A stretch of DNA of 22,183 nucleotides from an uncultured bacterium (GTDB lineage Bacteria; UBP14; UBA6098; B30-G16): NCBI GenBank assembly GCA_965552135.1, contig CBEVQY010000034.1, forward strand, positions 1 to 22,183. The letters are read 5' to 3'. The stretch's first letter is position 1, and each line of letters opens with the position of its first letter. This document shows, in pieces, positions 8,541 to 17,961 of this stretch. The notes beneath the pieces were generated by a model, which was given only the letters and a program-made list of their open reading frames with translations, did not search any database and had not been told where the DNA came from. Made by a program: the position numbers and the translations under genes.

Positions 8541-9992
8541 GTGTTTCGGAGAGTGCTTTTCGGCGTGGCGTTCGTCTGGTGGGCGGCAACGATGTATTTC
8601 GTGTACAACGAAGCCACCGCCGCAAAGCCAACTATCCTGCGCGAGCTCGATATCGTCGTCGTCGGGAAGCTCGAGAAGCAGGAGTGGTTTTCGATCTACT
8701 GGAACGGCGAGAAGGTTGGCTACAGCTCAAAGGCGCTGCAGCGCGTTGGCACAAAGCTTATGGTGACCGAGGTGACCTACCTGCGTCTCCCCGTCGGCGG
8801 CGCCGTGCAGGAGATATACTCGCAGGCGATAACGACGGTCGACTCGACCCTGGCGGTGAGGTCGTTCTCCTTCGATATGCAGGGCGGAGATTACAACGTC
8901 ACCGCCGAGGGGAAGGTATCGGACGGCGTTTTGACCGTTGTCGTCGGCTCGCCCGAGCGAACAGATACGGTATCTATAGACCTCGGCGGCGAGATCTACA
9001 CGCCGGCGCTTCTGCCCGAGATGATCGCCCAAAAGCCACAAAAAGGGCTGCGCATCCCCACGTTCGATCCTTTCACGATGTCGCGCGATGGTTACGAGGT
9101 CACCGCCTGCCGCCGCGAACGCAAAAAGCTCGGTTCCTTCGAGGGCAACGTGTGGGTGGTCGACGTCGCGGCGATGGGCTTCTCAAGCCAGATGTGGATA
9201 TCCGACGAGGGAAGCCTGATTTACGAAAAAGGACCCGGGGGATTCGAACAGTTCAGGGAGAGCCAGAAGGAGGCGTTAAGCTTCGAGCTTTCGCGCGCAG
9301 GCAAAACCGACATCCTTTGGGGCTTTTCGTTCCCCGCTCAGTGGGGGTCGCAAACCCCTCCGAGGAGGGCGCGCTACGGCGTCTACGTGCTCTCAAACTT
9401 CCCCACCGAGATTCTGGAGCTTGAGGACTTCAACCAGCGCCTTCGCGGCGACACACTCGAGGTATGCGCCGAAGGCTTTGAGCAAGGACCAAAACCAACA
9501 CCCGCCGATACCTCCGAAACCCCCTTCATCCAACGCCACGACCTGAGGCTCATCAAAGCCGCAAGGAAGATAACATCGGGCGCAGAGGACACGCTGGAGA
9601 TGCTTGTGAGGATAAACGACTACCTCTACCGCAACATCAAAAAGGAGTATCAGACTTCCCTTCCCTCGGCGGTCGACGTTCTTTCGAAGATGAAGGGCGA
9701 CTGCAACGAGCACACTGTGCTTTTTGTGGGTTTGGCGCGCGCTTTGGGCGTTCCCGCAAGGGTCAACGCAGGCGTTGTATACCGCGAGGACGGAAGGTTC
9801 TTCTACCACGCCTGGGCGCAGGCTTACGTTGGCGGCAGATGGCACAGCTTCGACCCAACCTTCGGCCAAGCCCCAGCCGACGCCGCCCACATAAAGCTCG
9901 TCTCGGGCGAAATCGACAAGCAAATCCAGCTTTTGCGCATAGGCGCCAAGGCGGAGATCAAAGTCGTTGCAGCCGCAGAGGAGTGTCCCTGA
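8541..9992 (+). CDS. Membrane-anchored transglutaminase-like (cysteine protease fold) protein
   Basis: GTG at 8541 after GGAGG and an N-terminal TM/signal segment (VLFGVAFVWWAATMYFV). C-terminal core has an intact Cys-His-Asp triad: GDCNEH...ARALGVPAR...YHAWAQAY...WHSFDPTFGQ. Confidence 0.85.
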   Translation: MFRRVLFGVAFVWWAATMYFVYNEATAAKPTILRELDIVVVGKLEKQEWFSIYWNGEKVGYSSKALQRVGTKLMVTEVTYLRLPVGGAVQEIYSQAITTVDSTLAVRSFSFDMQGGDYNVTAEGKVSDGVLTVVVGSPERTDTVSIDLGGEIYTPALLPEMIAQKPQKGLRIPTFDPFTMSRDGYEVTACRRERKKLGSFEGNVWVVDVAAMGFSSQMWISDEGSLIYEKGPGGFEQFRESQKEALSFELSRAGKTDILWGFSFPAQWGSQTPPRRARYGVYVLSNFPTEILELEDFNQRLRGDTLEVCAEGFEQGPKPTPADTSETPFIQRHDLRLIKAARKITSGAEDTLEMLVRINDYLYRNIKKEYQTSLPSAVDVLSKMKGDCNEHTVLFVGLARALGVPARVNAGVVYREDGRFFYHAWAQAYVGGRWHSFDPTFGQAPADAAHIKLVSGEIDKQIQLLRIGAKAEIKVVAAAEECP

Positions 9993-10001
9993 GGGGGAAG
10001 G

Positions 10002-11168
10002 ATGCACCCCAAAAGGAAGATAGCGCTTTTGGGCTCAACGGGCTCGATAGGCAGGCAGACGCTCGAGGTGGTGGAGCACCTGGGCGGGGCTGTGGAGGTA
10101 AGAAGCCTTGCCGCAGGTCGCAACCTCAGCCTGCTGGAGGAGCAGATCTTGCGTCTGCGCCCGAAGCTTGTCTGCGTTGCGGACGAGGAGGACGCGAAAA
10201 AGCTTTCGAGGAGATTTCCGCAGGTCGAGGTGTACTTTGGGGCAGAGGGTCTTGAGCGCCTTGCCGCCGACGAGGAGGTCGACACGGTCGTCAACGCCGT
10301 CGTCGGGCGCGCGGGGCTTGCACCGTCGTGGAGAGCCGTCGCCGAGGGCAAAAGGCTCTGTACGGCGAACAAAGAGTCGCTCGTTATGGCGGGCGAAGTG
10401 CTCACCCGACTTGCCTCCCAAACCGGCGCGCAGATATTCCCCATCGACAGCGAGCACTCTGCACTCTGGCAGGCGGCGCTTGCCGGAAAACGCGAGGAGA
10501 TAAAAAGAATCATCCTCACCGCCTCGGGGGGACCGTTTTGGGGCAAAAAGATTGACCCAGCCTCGATCACTCCAGAGGATGCCCTGGAGCACCCCACGTG
10601 GCGCATGGGACCGAAGATAACCGTCGACTCCGCAACACTTATGAACAAAGGGTTCGAGGTCATCGAGGCGCGCTGGATGTTCGACATCCCTCCCGAAAGA
10701 ATCGACGTCCTCATCCACCCGCAAAGCATTGTGCACTCGATAGTCGAGTTCGTCGACGGCTCCCAGATAGCCCAAATGTCCCTGCCCGACATGCGCCTGC
10801 CGATACAGTACGCCCTCACCTACCCTCAAAGGCTCCCTTCGCCCGTAAAGCCCCTCAGGCTCGAGGAGCTTTGTCGCCTTGAGTTTTTTGCCCCCGAACA
10901 GGAGCAGATGAGGGTCCTCAGCCTTGCCTACAGGGTTCTTGAGGTCGGCGGTACGGCGCCAACCATACTCTGCACGACAAACGAGCTTGCGGTAAGGGCG
11001 TTCCTCGCGGGGAGGATATCGTTCGACAAGATAATAGAGCTTGCCGAGCGCGCCCTCGAGGAGGTGGTCTGGAAGCCCCTGCCCCACGACAAACCCAGGG
11101 ACGCCCTCGAAGCCGTCCTCGAAGCCGACAAAGCCGCAGAGGAGTGGTTCAACCGCAGGGTGGGCTAA
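10002..11168 (+). CDS. dxr: 1-deoxy-D-xylulose 5-phosphate reductoisomerase
   Basis: LLGSTGSIG, ANKESLV, PIDSEHSA, LTASGGPF, ALEHPTWRMGPKITVDSATLMNKGFEVIEA, HPQSIVHS and PDMRLPIQYAL. Confidence 0.98.
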   Translation: MHPKRKIALLGSTGSIGRQTLEVVEHLGGAVEVRSLAAGRNLSLLEEQILRLRPKLVCVADEEDAKKLSRRFPQVEVYFGAEGLERLAADEEVDTVVNAVVGRAGLAPSWRAVAEGKRLCTANKESLVMAGEVLTRLASQTGAQIFPIDSEHSALWQAALAGKREEIKRIILTASGGPFWGKKIDPASITPEDALEHPTWRMGPKITVDSATLMNKGFEVIEARWMFDIPPERIDVLIHPQSIVHSIVEFVDGSQIAQMSLPDMRLPIQYALTYPQRLPSPVKPLRLEELCRLEFFAPEQEQMRVLSLAYRVLEVGGTAPTILCTTNELAVRAFLAGRISFDKIIELAERALEEVVWKPLPHDKPRDALEAVLEADKAAEEWFNRRVG

Positions 11169-11719
11169 ATGAGGGGTCTCATCCGCCAGCACTTCTCGCG
11201 CAGACGCTTCATATCGGCCCGGTATTGATTGCCTATCACCTCGCCAAGCTCTGCCGGATCAAGCCCGTAGCTGCGCAAGCCAACAAATCCCGCCGCCTCA
11301 TCCGGGTCGATGCAGATGCCAAGATGGATCTTGACCGAAACGGGCGTCTGCGTGACCGCGGTTATGGTGAGCCGATTGTCCTCGTCGTAGAGGTCGTCGC
11401 CCCAGCGGAGAATCCTGCGGCTGCCAAGCCTGTGCGCAAGCTTCTCCTCCGATATGCTCACGAGAATGTTCTGACGCAAAACGCCCTTTTCGATGTCGTC
11501 GCCGAAGTGCTCGATGACGAAATGCAGAAGATCACCGCGCGGAAAGACCGTTCCCCTCTTGCGCTCACGAAGGTCTATCATATCCTCGGGACCCACCTCG
11601 ATGGGACCGCAGAACATCACGAGGGAATCGCCGACAAGGTCGAAGTTCAAAAACGCCCAGTGGGGCTTCATTGCCTCCACAGTCATCGTCATCCGCTCGG
11701 AGATGAAGATGTACTCCAT
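11165..11719 (-). CDS. DUF366 family protein (biotin/lipoate-ligase-like fold), divergent
   Basis: HWAFLNFDLVGDSLVMFCGP, MIDL, LLHFVIEHF, VLRQ, GDDLY and PVSVKIHLGICI resemble DUF366 as I recall it. ATG at 11719 preferred. Convergent 4-nt overlap with dxr. Confidence 0.75.
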   Translation of the reverse strand: MEYIFISERMTMTVEAMKPHWAFLNFDLVGDSLVMFCGPIEVGPEDMIDLRERKRGTVFPRGDLLHFVIEHFGDDIEKGVLRQNILVSISEEKLAHRLGSRRILRWGDDLYDEDNRLTITAVTQTPVSVKIHLGICIDPDEAAGFVGLRSYGLDPAELGEVIGNQYRADMKRLREKCWRMRPLI

Positions 11720-11822
11720 CCTGTAGCCACCCGTCACAGGGCAAGCCTCCGTCAGGGCACCAAAAATCAATCTAAGGGCATTGAGCGCTTGTGTAAAGCG
11801 GTTTTTCTCAGGGCAAAATCGC

Positions 11823-11850
11823 TTGACAGCGCCGCAGCCCAGGCTAATTT
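11823..11850 (+). promoter_or_regulatory. Putative sigma70-type promoter of the TBDT operon
   Basis: Perfect TTGACA at 11823-11828, 16-nt spacer, TAATTT at 11845-11850, about 50 nt upstream of the ATG at 11899. Confidence 0.5.
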
Positions 11851-11898
11851 ATTCGGAAAGCTTTGTGGTTTTGGGAAATCTGCGCAGGGGGTCGAGAT

Positions 11899-14800
11899 AT
11901 GCGAAGGGGTTTGTTTTTCCTGCTTTTGGTCGCCCTCTCCACATCCCTTTGGGCTGGGACGAGGGGGAAGATAGTTGGCGTCGTAAAGGACAAGGACACC
12001 GGCGAGGGGATTCCAGCCGCAAGCGTTGAGCTCCTAAACGCCGGCACCGGGGAGGTGATAACGGGAACCTCCACCGACCTCGACGGAAAGTACTTCCTCC
12101 TCGACGTCTACCCCGGCATGTATAACCTCCGCGCCTCAGCTGTGGGATACAAGACGGTGACGGTGAAAAACGTTTTGGTTCACGCCGACAGGACGACGAC
12201 CGTAAACTTCGAGCTCCAGTCAACCGCGATAGAGGCGCAGGAGGAGGTCGTTTACGGCGAGCAGATCATCGAGCCCGACGTCGTGACCACACAGACCTCC
12301 ACCACAGGCGACGAGATCGAGTCGATGCCCGTGACAAGCGTCGGCGAGGTTTTGACGGTCAAGGTTGGCGGCGTTGTCAACCGCGGCGGCGAGCTCCACT
12401 TCCGCGGCGGAAGGGCAAGGGAGGTCAAATACGAAATCGACAACATGCCGGTGCAGGACCCGACCTACGGCTATCAGGCGCTTGAGGTCTCCACGAACGC
12501 TGTTCAGGAGATACAGGTCCTCACGGGCGCCTTCAACGCGGAGTACGGCGGCGCGCTTTCGGCGATCGTCTCAATCGTGACCAAAGAGGGCGACCCAAAC
12601 AAGTTCTCGGGGTCGGTCGAGTACTCCACAACGAACTTCAGGATCAAACCGCTCAACAAGTTCACCACCAACGCCGACAGGCTCGACTTCTCGCTCTCGG
12701 GCCCAGAGCCACTGACGACATATCTTCTGCCCCTTATCGGGCTTAAGATGCCGCGCGACAAGAGGATCTCTTACTTCTTCTCCATCTCGGGCGAGAACAC
12801 CGACACAAGGCTTCCCTACAACAAGCGCTTCGACCTCGATTACCCCGAGGGCGGCGCCCCCCTGGCAACACAAGAGGAAATATACGGACCATACAAGATA
12901 AAGTACGGCTGGTACGGCTTCTTCCCGGAGCGCAGGGTGAACCAATACCAGGCAACGTTCAAGCTGAAGCAAAAGCTAACCCCGTCGTTTAAGTACGTGC
13001 TTTCCTACACCGGCAACTGGTCGAAGTGGCGCTCGTTCGACTGGTACTACTACTACTGCCCGAGCTTTTCGTACAAGAACTACCGCTACGCCCACCAGCT
13101 AAGCCTCAGCATAACGCACAACCTTACTCCGCGGACGTTTTACGAAATCAAGGCGGGTTATCTTCACACGAAGCGCACGCTCACGCCCGGCGACTACGAC
13201 CCGAGCGACTTTGCCATAGATACCTCCGACTACCGCACCCTCGACGACTGGGTCGACATAAACGGCGACGGCATTCCGCAGGTTCGCGTGCAGTGGTGGG
13301 ACGCCAACGGGAACGGTATGTGGGACTACGGCGAATACTGGCAGCCGACCATAGAGCGCATAGATACGATCTGGGAGGATCCTGCGACGAGAACCACGAT
13401 ACTCGAGCTCGATACCGTTTACGCCGACACCCTCCCGCCACAGCTGGGCGAAGAGCCCTGGGTCGACTGGAACGGAAACGGCGTCTTCGAGCCGAGAATG
13501 ACCAACTTCAACTCCCCGCTCTACGGATACTACTCCCTCAATTTGGGCGAACCCTACATGGACGGCGAGCCCTTCCTCGACGGCTACCCCTACGGGCTAA
13601 GCTACGAAGCCCTCATCGGCGGCACATCGCCGATAGAGTTCCATATGGAAACGCTTTGGGTCGACATAAACGGCAACGGGGTTAAGGACTTCGGCGAGTA
13701 CGTCTTCGGAAGCTACTACTACACGGTCGACACGGTTCTTTTGGAGGAGCTCACCTGGCACGACGACAACAACGACGGCATCGCCCAGTGGGGCGAATAC
13801 GTCGACATAAACGGCGACGGTCAGCTTACGCTGCGTGATGGCATCTGCAACTTCATAGACGCCAACGGTAACGGCGAGTACGACGTTGGGGAGTTCGGCG
13901 AGCCTTTCCTCGATCTGAACGGCAACGGCAAGTACGACGGTCCCAACGGCGTCCGCGACGAGTGGGAACCCTCCGAATATCCGAACGCGCTTCTGCCCGG
14001 CGAACCATACATCGACCGCAACGGCAACGGCAAGTTCGACGACTTCTCCCTCTTCCAGTACCGCGGCTTCGACCGCTGGGCAGTCTGGCACAAACGAACA
14101 AGCGACGTCGTTATGCTCAAAGGCGACATCACAAGCCAGGTCGACGACCACAACATGGTCAAGTCGGGGATCGAGTTCCAGTGGATGCGGCTTAACATGA
14201 ACGAGATACAATACCCCGAATACGCCTACGACGGCGAACCCGATAACATGCCCTGGCCGGAGCACGGCGTCTTCAGGTCGTTCTACACCAGAACGCCCAA
14301 GACGTTCGCCTGGTACATCCAGGACAAGATGGAGTACGGCGGGCTCATAGCGAACGTTGGCGTGAGGTTCGACCTCTTCCTCCAGGCGCCCGAGGTTCTG
14401 GAGGATACCGTAGCCTCCGAGCTTCGCGCGGTGCTTGAGCCCTGGTGGAGCGAAAGCACGGTCGTAAAGACCCGCTATAAGATTTCGCCACGCCTCGGGA
14501 TGAGCTACCCCATCACGGAGCGCAGCAAGCTATTCTTCAGCTACGGACACTTCTACCAGCTTCCGGGATTCGACAACTTCTATCAGACCCCAACGCAAGG
14601 CTCCCGCGCAGGAAGGCTTTTGGGCAACCCCAACCTCTCGTACGAAAAGACCGTTGCCTACGAGCTTGGCGTAGCCTATGCCTTCGCCGACGACTGGGTC
14701 GTGCAGTTCTCGGGATATTACAAGGACATCTACGACCTTCTCAACACCTCCCACGCCAAGCTCGGACCGCTTGAGCAGGACGTCTACGTCAACCACGACT

Positions 14801-15471
14801 ACGCCCGCTCGAGAGGGATCGAGATAAGGCTCGACAAATCCCTTTCGAACTACTGGTCGCTTTCGATGAACTACTCCTACGCCTTCGCCTACGGCAAGAG
14901 CTCCTCCGACCGAAGCGGCTACGACGCCCAGTTCAACCAAACGGCAATCCCGCTTAGGGACCTACCCCTCGATTGGGACCAGAGGCACCTCCTGAACGCC
15001 GTGCTCGACCTCAGGGTCAAGAAGGACGAGCATCCGAAGCTTTTCGGGCTTGTGCTGCCTGATCAGTGGGGCTTGAACCTTGTGCTCACGTGGGGCAGCG
15101 GCTTCCCGTACACGCCGTCGAAGTACAACCCCAAATACGAGTCGAAGCCCGGCGAGAAGGCGTGGGAGCGCACCAACGCCCTGCGGATGCCAAGCCAGTT
15201 CAACGTCGACCTCAAGTTCAACAAGGACTTCAGGCTCGGGAGGGCGGACCTCTCGTTCTACGTCATGGTCTCGAACCTCACCAACCACCGCAACGTGCTC
15301 TACGTGTATCCCGACACTGGCGAACCCGACAAAAGCTGGGTCAAGTGGGAGGACACTGACGGCGACGGCGTGGACGACACATACACGTTTATGGGCGACG
15401 ACTACAACAAAAACCCAACCCACTGGGGTCCACCCACAGATATCAGGGTTGGGGTGAGCGTTTCGTGGTAA
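11899..15471 (+). CDS. TonB-dependent receptor with N-terminal carboxypeptidase-regulatory-like domain and a large acidic insertion
   Basis: Signal peptide and GKIVGVVKDKDTGEGIPAASV...TDLDGKYFL...SAVGYK (CarboxypepD_reg-like). TonB-box-like EEVVYG; plug HFRGGRAREVKYEIDNMPV...TGAFNAEYG. Barrel motifs YIQDKMEY, ISPRLGMSYPI, FFSYGHFYQLP, GNPNLSYEKTVAYELG and DQRH; terminal aromatic (VGVSVSW). Confidence 0.92.
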   Translation: MRRGLFFLLLVALSTSLWAGTRGKIVGVVKDKDTGEGIPAASVELLNAGTGEVITGTSTDLDGKYFLLDVYPGMYNLRASAVGYKTVTVKNVLVHADRTTTVNFELQSTAIEAQEEVVYGEQIIEPDVVTTQTSTTGDEIESMPVTSVGEVLTVKVGGVVNRGGELHFRGGRAREVKYEIDNMPVQDPTYGYQALEVSTNAVQEIQVLTGAFNAEYGGALSAIVSIVTKEGDPNKFSGSVEYSTTNFRIKPLNKFTTNADRLDFSLSGPEPLTTYLLPLIGLKMPRDKRISYFFSISGENTDTRLPYNKRFDLDYPEGGAPLATQEEIYGPYKIKYGWYGFFPERRVNQYQATFKLKQKLTPSFKYVLSYTGNWSKWRSFDWYYYYCPSFSYKNYRYAHQLSLSITHNLTPRTFYEIKAGYLHTKRTLTPGDYDPSDFAIDTSDYRTLDDWVDINGDGIPQVRVQWWDANGNGMWDYGEYWQPTIERIDTIWEDPATRTTILELDTVYADTLPPQLGEEPWVDWNGNGVFEPRMTNFNSPLYGYYSLNLGEPYMDGEPFLDGYPYGLSYEALIGGTSPIEFHMETLWVDINGNGVKDFGEYVFGSYYYTVDTVLLEELTWHDDNNDGIAQWGEYVDINGDGQLTLRDGICNFIDANGNGEYDVGEFGEPFLDLNGNGKYDGPNGVRDEWEPSEYPNALLPGEPYIDRNGNGKFDDFSLFQYRGFDRWAVWHKRTSDVVMLKGDITSQVDDHNMVKSGIEFQWMRLNMNEIQYPEYAYDGEPDNMPWPEHGVFRSFYTRTPKTFAWYIQDKMEYGGLIANVGVRFDLFLQAPEVLEDTVASELRAVLEPWWSESTVVKTRYKISPRLGMSYPITERSKLFFSYGHFYQLPGFDNFYQTPTQGSRAGRLLGNPNLSYEKTVAYELGVAYAFADDWVVQFSGYYKDIYDLLNTSHAKLGPLEQDVYVNHDYARSRGIEIRLDKSLSNYWSLSMNYSYAFAYGKSSSDRSGYDAQFNQTAIPLRDLPLDWDQRHLLNAVLDLRVKKDEHPKLFGLVLPDQWGLNLVLTWGSGFPYTPSKYNPKYESKPGEKAWERTNALRMPSQFNVDLKFNKDFRLGRADLSFYVMVSNLTNHRNVLYVYPDTGEPDKSWVKWEDTDGDGVDDTYTFMGDDYNKNPTHWGPPTDIRVGVSVSW
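13255..14031 (+). repeat. Nine Dx[N/D]x[N/D]G-like putative Ca2+-binding motifs within the TBDT insertion
   Basis: DINGDG, DANGNG, DWNGNG, DINGNG, DDNNDG, DINGDG, DANGNG, DLNGNG, DRNGNG. Exact 20-nt DNA repeat gtcgacataaacggcgacgg at 13252-13271 and 13801-13820, with a 1-mismatch copy at 13660-13679. Confidence 0.85.
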
Positions 15472-15506
15472 GGAAGGCAATTACTTGAGATATCGGGGGT
15501 GTTGCG

Positions 15507-17915
15507 ATGCGCAGAGTTTTTTGGGTAGCGGTGCTTTTTGCGGCTGGGGCTTTGTTCGCCCGCGACCTCGGACCCGAAACGGTAAGCGAGGCGGGCGGGC
15601 TCTCCAGAACCGCCGTAACCCAACCCGTAACCGACGAAAAAACACACCACGTAGGAAGCCTATACCTCACCGTCTCCAACTGGGGCTTCTTCGGCTCACA
15701 GCGCGGGGAGGATAACCCCTACTACTGCATCATCGACGACGAAGGCATCTGCGGCCAGACGGGGGTGTGCAGGCCGTCGGGGGAATACCCGGGCTGCTCG
15801 GGCATCGAGTACCTGTTCCAAGGCGCCCTCTGGATCGGCGCGGTCATCGCGGGCGATACGCTCGTGTCGGTCGGCGAAGACGGGTGGCAGAGCGGCATAA
15901 ACGAGCTTCTGCCAAGCTATAACTACGACGACACCCTCGTCCACAGGTCGATCCTCGAGGGGGATTCTGCCGCCGTCTCGGAGGAGGACTACGTCGGCAA
16001 CTTCGCCGACACAATCACGAACACCGCCTTCGTCGACCCCTCACACCGACCTATAGGCGTTGCGGTCCACCAGGAAAGCTACGCGTGGAGCTACGATTAC
16101 GCCAAAAACTTCGTCATCATCGACTACACCTTCAAAAACGTAAGGACCGACGGCAAGACGATAAGCGACATGTACATAGGGATTTACGTGGACGGCGACT
16201 GCGGGCACGTTCAAACGCCGGACTACGCTCAGGACGACATCACGGGCTTTATCGAGAACTACATCGACTGGTCGCGCGGCGAGCCGGACACGATACCGAT
16301 AATGCTTGCCTGGATAGCCGACAACGACGGCGATCCCGAGGACGGGATGTATACCGACAGGAGCCCCACAGGCGCCATGGCGGTCAGGGTCCTGCGTGGA
16401 CCGTGGGGAACATGCCTCGACAGCGCAAGCTTTTCGTACAACTGGTGGATATCGAACATCGACGAGACCTACGACTGGGGTCCCGCAAAGCAGGACCTCG
16501 GATTCGACGGCACCCCCGAAGGCGACATAAACAAATACAAGGTCATGTCCAACGGCGAGTTCGACTACGACCAGACCGAAATAGAGGACTACAAGGACGA
16601 CCCCAACTGGCAGGGCAACCCTCCGCCGGACGATGAGAACTGGATCAGAAACCTCTCCAACGGCTACGACACAAGGTTTCTGCTTTCCTTCGGTCCCCTA
16701 ACCCTTGCTCCGGGCGACACCGCGCACATAACGATAGCGTTTTTGGTGGGCGAGAACTTCCACACCAACCCCCAGAACGTCGAGGGACCCACCTGGCAGC
16801 CCGACTTCAACTTCGACGACCTCGCCTACGCCGCATACTGGGTCGCCCTCATCTTCGATAACCCCGGCGTCGACACCGACGGCGACGGCTACGCCGGCGA
16901 GTTCGAGGTCACAGGCGAGGGCGACACCATCTGGCTTTCCGGCGACGGCGTTCCCGACTACAAAGGTCCTGCGCCGCCAAGCGCACCCGAGGTGAAAGTC
17001 GTGACCGGCGAAAACAAAGTCACCGTCTTCTGGAAGAAGGACCCAAACATCGAGGAGGGCGTGGACCAAATAACGGGCGTGAGGGACTTCGAGGGCTATA
17101 GGATCTACATCGCCGAGGCAAACCTCGATCAGTACTACACGCCGATAAAGCAGTTCGACAAGATCGACTTTCTGCGCTGCCTGAAGCTTGTGGAGCTTTA
17201 CACCGTCGACGACACGACGGGAGACACAACGTACTACTACCAAGCTGTCTACTCGGACGAGGCAATTTACTCCGACACGGCGTACACGGTGCCGATACTT
17301 TCGCCTGCGGGCGACACCCTTCGCGACACAACCCTTGTGCCCACACCGATATTCGAGAACCTCGGCATGCCGCCGGAGACCCTGGTGCAGTTCGAAGACG
17401 ACCCCGAACCGACAACCTACTACTACTACACCATCGAAAACCTCCTCCCCGGCGACGACAAGTACATAGCCGTCACGACCTTCGACTACGGTCAGCCCTC
17501 GAGAAACCTGGGTTCGCTTGAGTCGAGCAAGACGAAGTACGCGAAGTGGGTTGTTCCAACGGGCGCGGCGGCAAAGGACAACAGGGTGAGGGTCGTTCCG
17601 AACCCATACCGCGTCGACCACGACTACTCCGACTTCTGGGAATACTCCTACACCGGCGAGTGGAGCGAGTACTCGAGAAAGCTTAGGTTCTTCAACCTCC
17701 CGCCGCGGTGCAAGATAAGGATCTACACCCTCGACGGCGACCTCGTTCAAACGCTCTACCACGACGACAACGCTCCGGGCAAAATGGTGGGCGCAGAAGA
17801 CTGGAACCTCATATCCCGAAACGACCAGGCTATAGCAAGCGGAATCTACATCTTCAGCGTCGAGAACCTCGATACGGGGGAAATACAGACGGGCAAGTTC
17901 GTCATAATAAAGTGA
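15507..17915 (+). CDS. Secreted acidic protein with FN3-like module and T9SS type-A-like/FlgD-Ig C-terminal domain
   Basis: Signal peptide; beta-rich N-terminal region; PPSAPEVKVVTGENKVTVFW...DFEGYRIY...YIAVTTFD (FN3-like with insertion). CTD VRVVPNPY...RFFNLPPRCKIRIYTLDGDLVQTL...WNLISRNDQAIASGIYIF...GKFVIIK*. Confidence 0.8.
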   Translation: MRRVFWVAVLFAAGALFARDLGPETVSEAGGLSRTAVTQPVTDEKTHHVGSLYLTVSNWGFFGSQRGEDNPYYCIIDDEGICGQTGVCRPSGEYPGCSGIEYLFQGALWIGAVIAGDTLVSVGEDGWQSGINELLPSYNYDDTLVHRSILEGDSAAVSEEDYVGNFADTITNTAFVDPSHRPIGVAVHQESYAWSYDYAKNFVIIDYTFKNVRTDGKTISDMYIGIYVDGDCGHVQTPDYAQDDITGFIENYIDWSRGEPDTIPIMLAWIADNDGDPEDGMYTDRSPTGAMAVRVLRGPWGTCLDSASFSYNWWISNIDETYDWGPAKQDLGFDGTPEGDINKYKVMSNGEFDYDQTEIEDYKDDPNWQGNPPPDDENWIRNLSNGYDTRFLLSFGPLTLAPGDTAHITIAFLVGENFHTNPQNVEGPTWQPDFNFDDLAYAAYWVALIFDNPGVDTDGDGYAGEFEVTGEGDTIWLSGDGVPDYKGPAPPSAPEVKVVTGENKVTVFWKKDPNIEEGVDQITGVRDFEGYRIYIAEANLDQYYTPIKQFDKIDFLRCLKLVELYTVDDTTGDTTYYYQAVYSDEAIYSDTAYTVPILSPAGDTLRDTTLVPTPIFENLGMPPETLVQFEDDPEPTTYYYYTIENLLPGDDKYIAVTTFDYGQPSRNLGSLESSKTKYAKWVVPTGAAAKDNRVRVVPNPYRVDHDYSDFWEYSYTGEWSEYSRKLRFFNLPPRCKIRIYTLDGDLVQTLYHDDNAPGKMVGAEDWNLISRNDQAIASGIYIFSVENLDTGEIQTGKFVIIK

Positions 17916-17961
17916 TCTTTCCGCTTGGGCGGGACAAGGCAGTCGAAAAGAGGGGGGAGAT

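Noticed and set aside
8541..9992. Transglutaminase-like protein as a PorU sortase substitute
   Set aside because: It has a different fold from gingipain-like PorU, no CTD, and sits in a separate transcription unit. There is no supporting evidence.
13252..13820. 20-nt repeats considered as CRISPR or DGR repeats
   Set aside because: They are irregularly spaced, in frame, and encode VDINGDG. No cas or reverse transcriptase gene is present.
13044..17432. TAC trinucleotide runs (YYYY) in the TBDT and cargo as phase-variation tracts
   Set aside because: They are only 3-4 units long, frame-preserving, and explained by Tyr codon preference.
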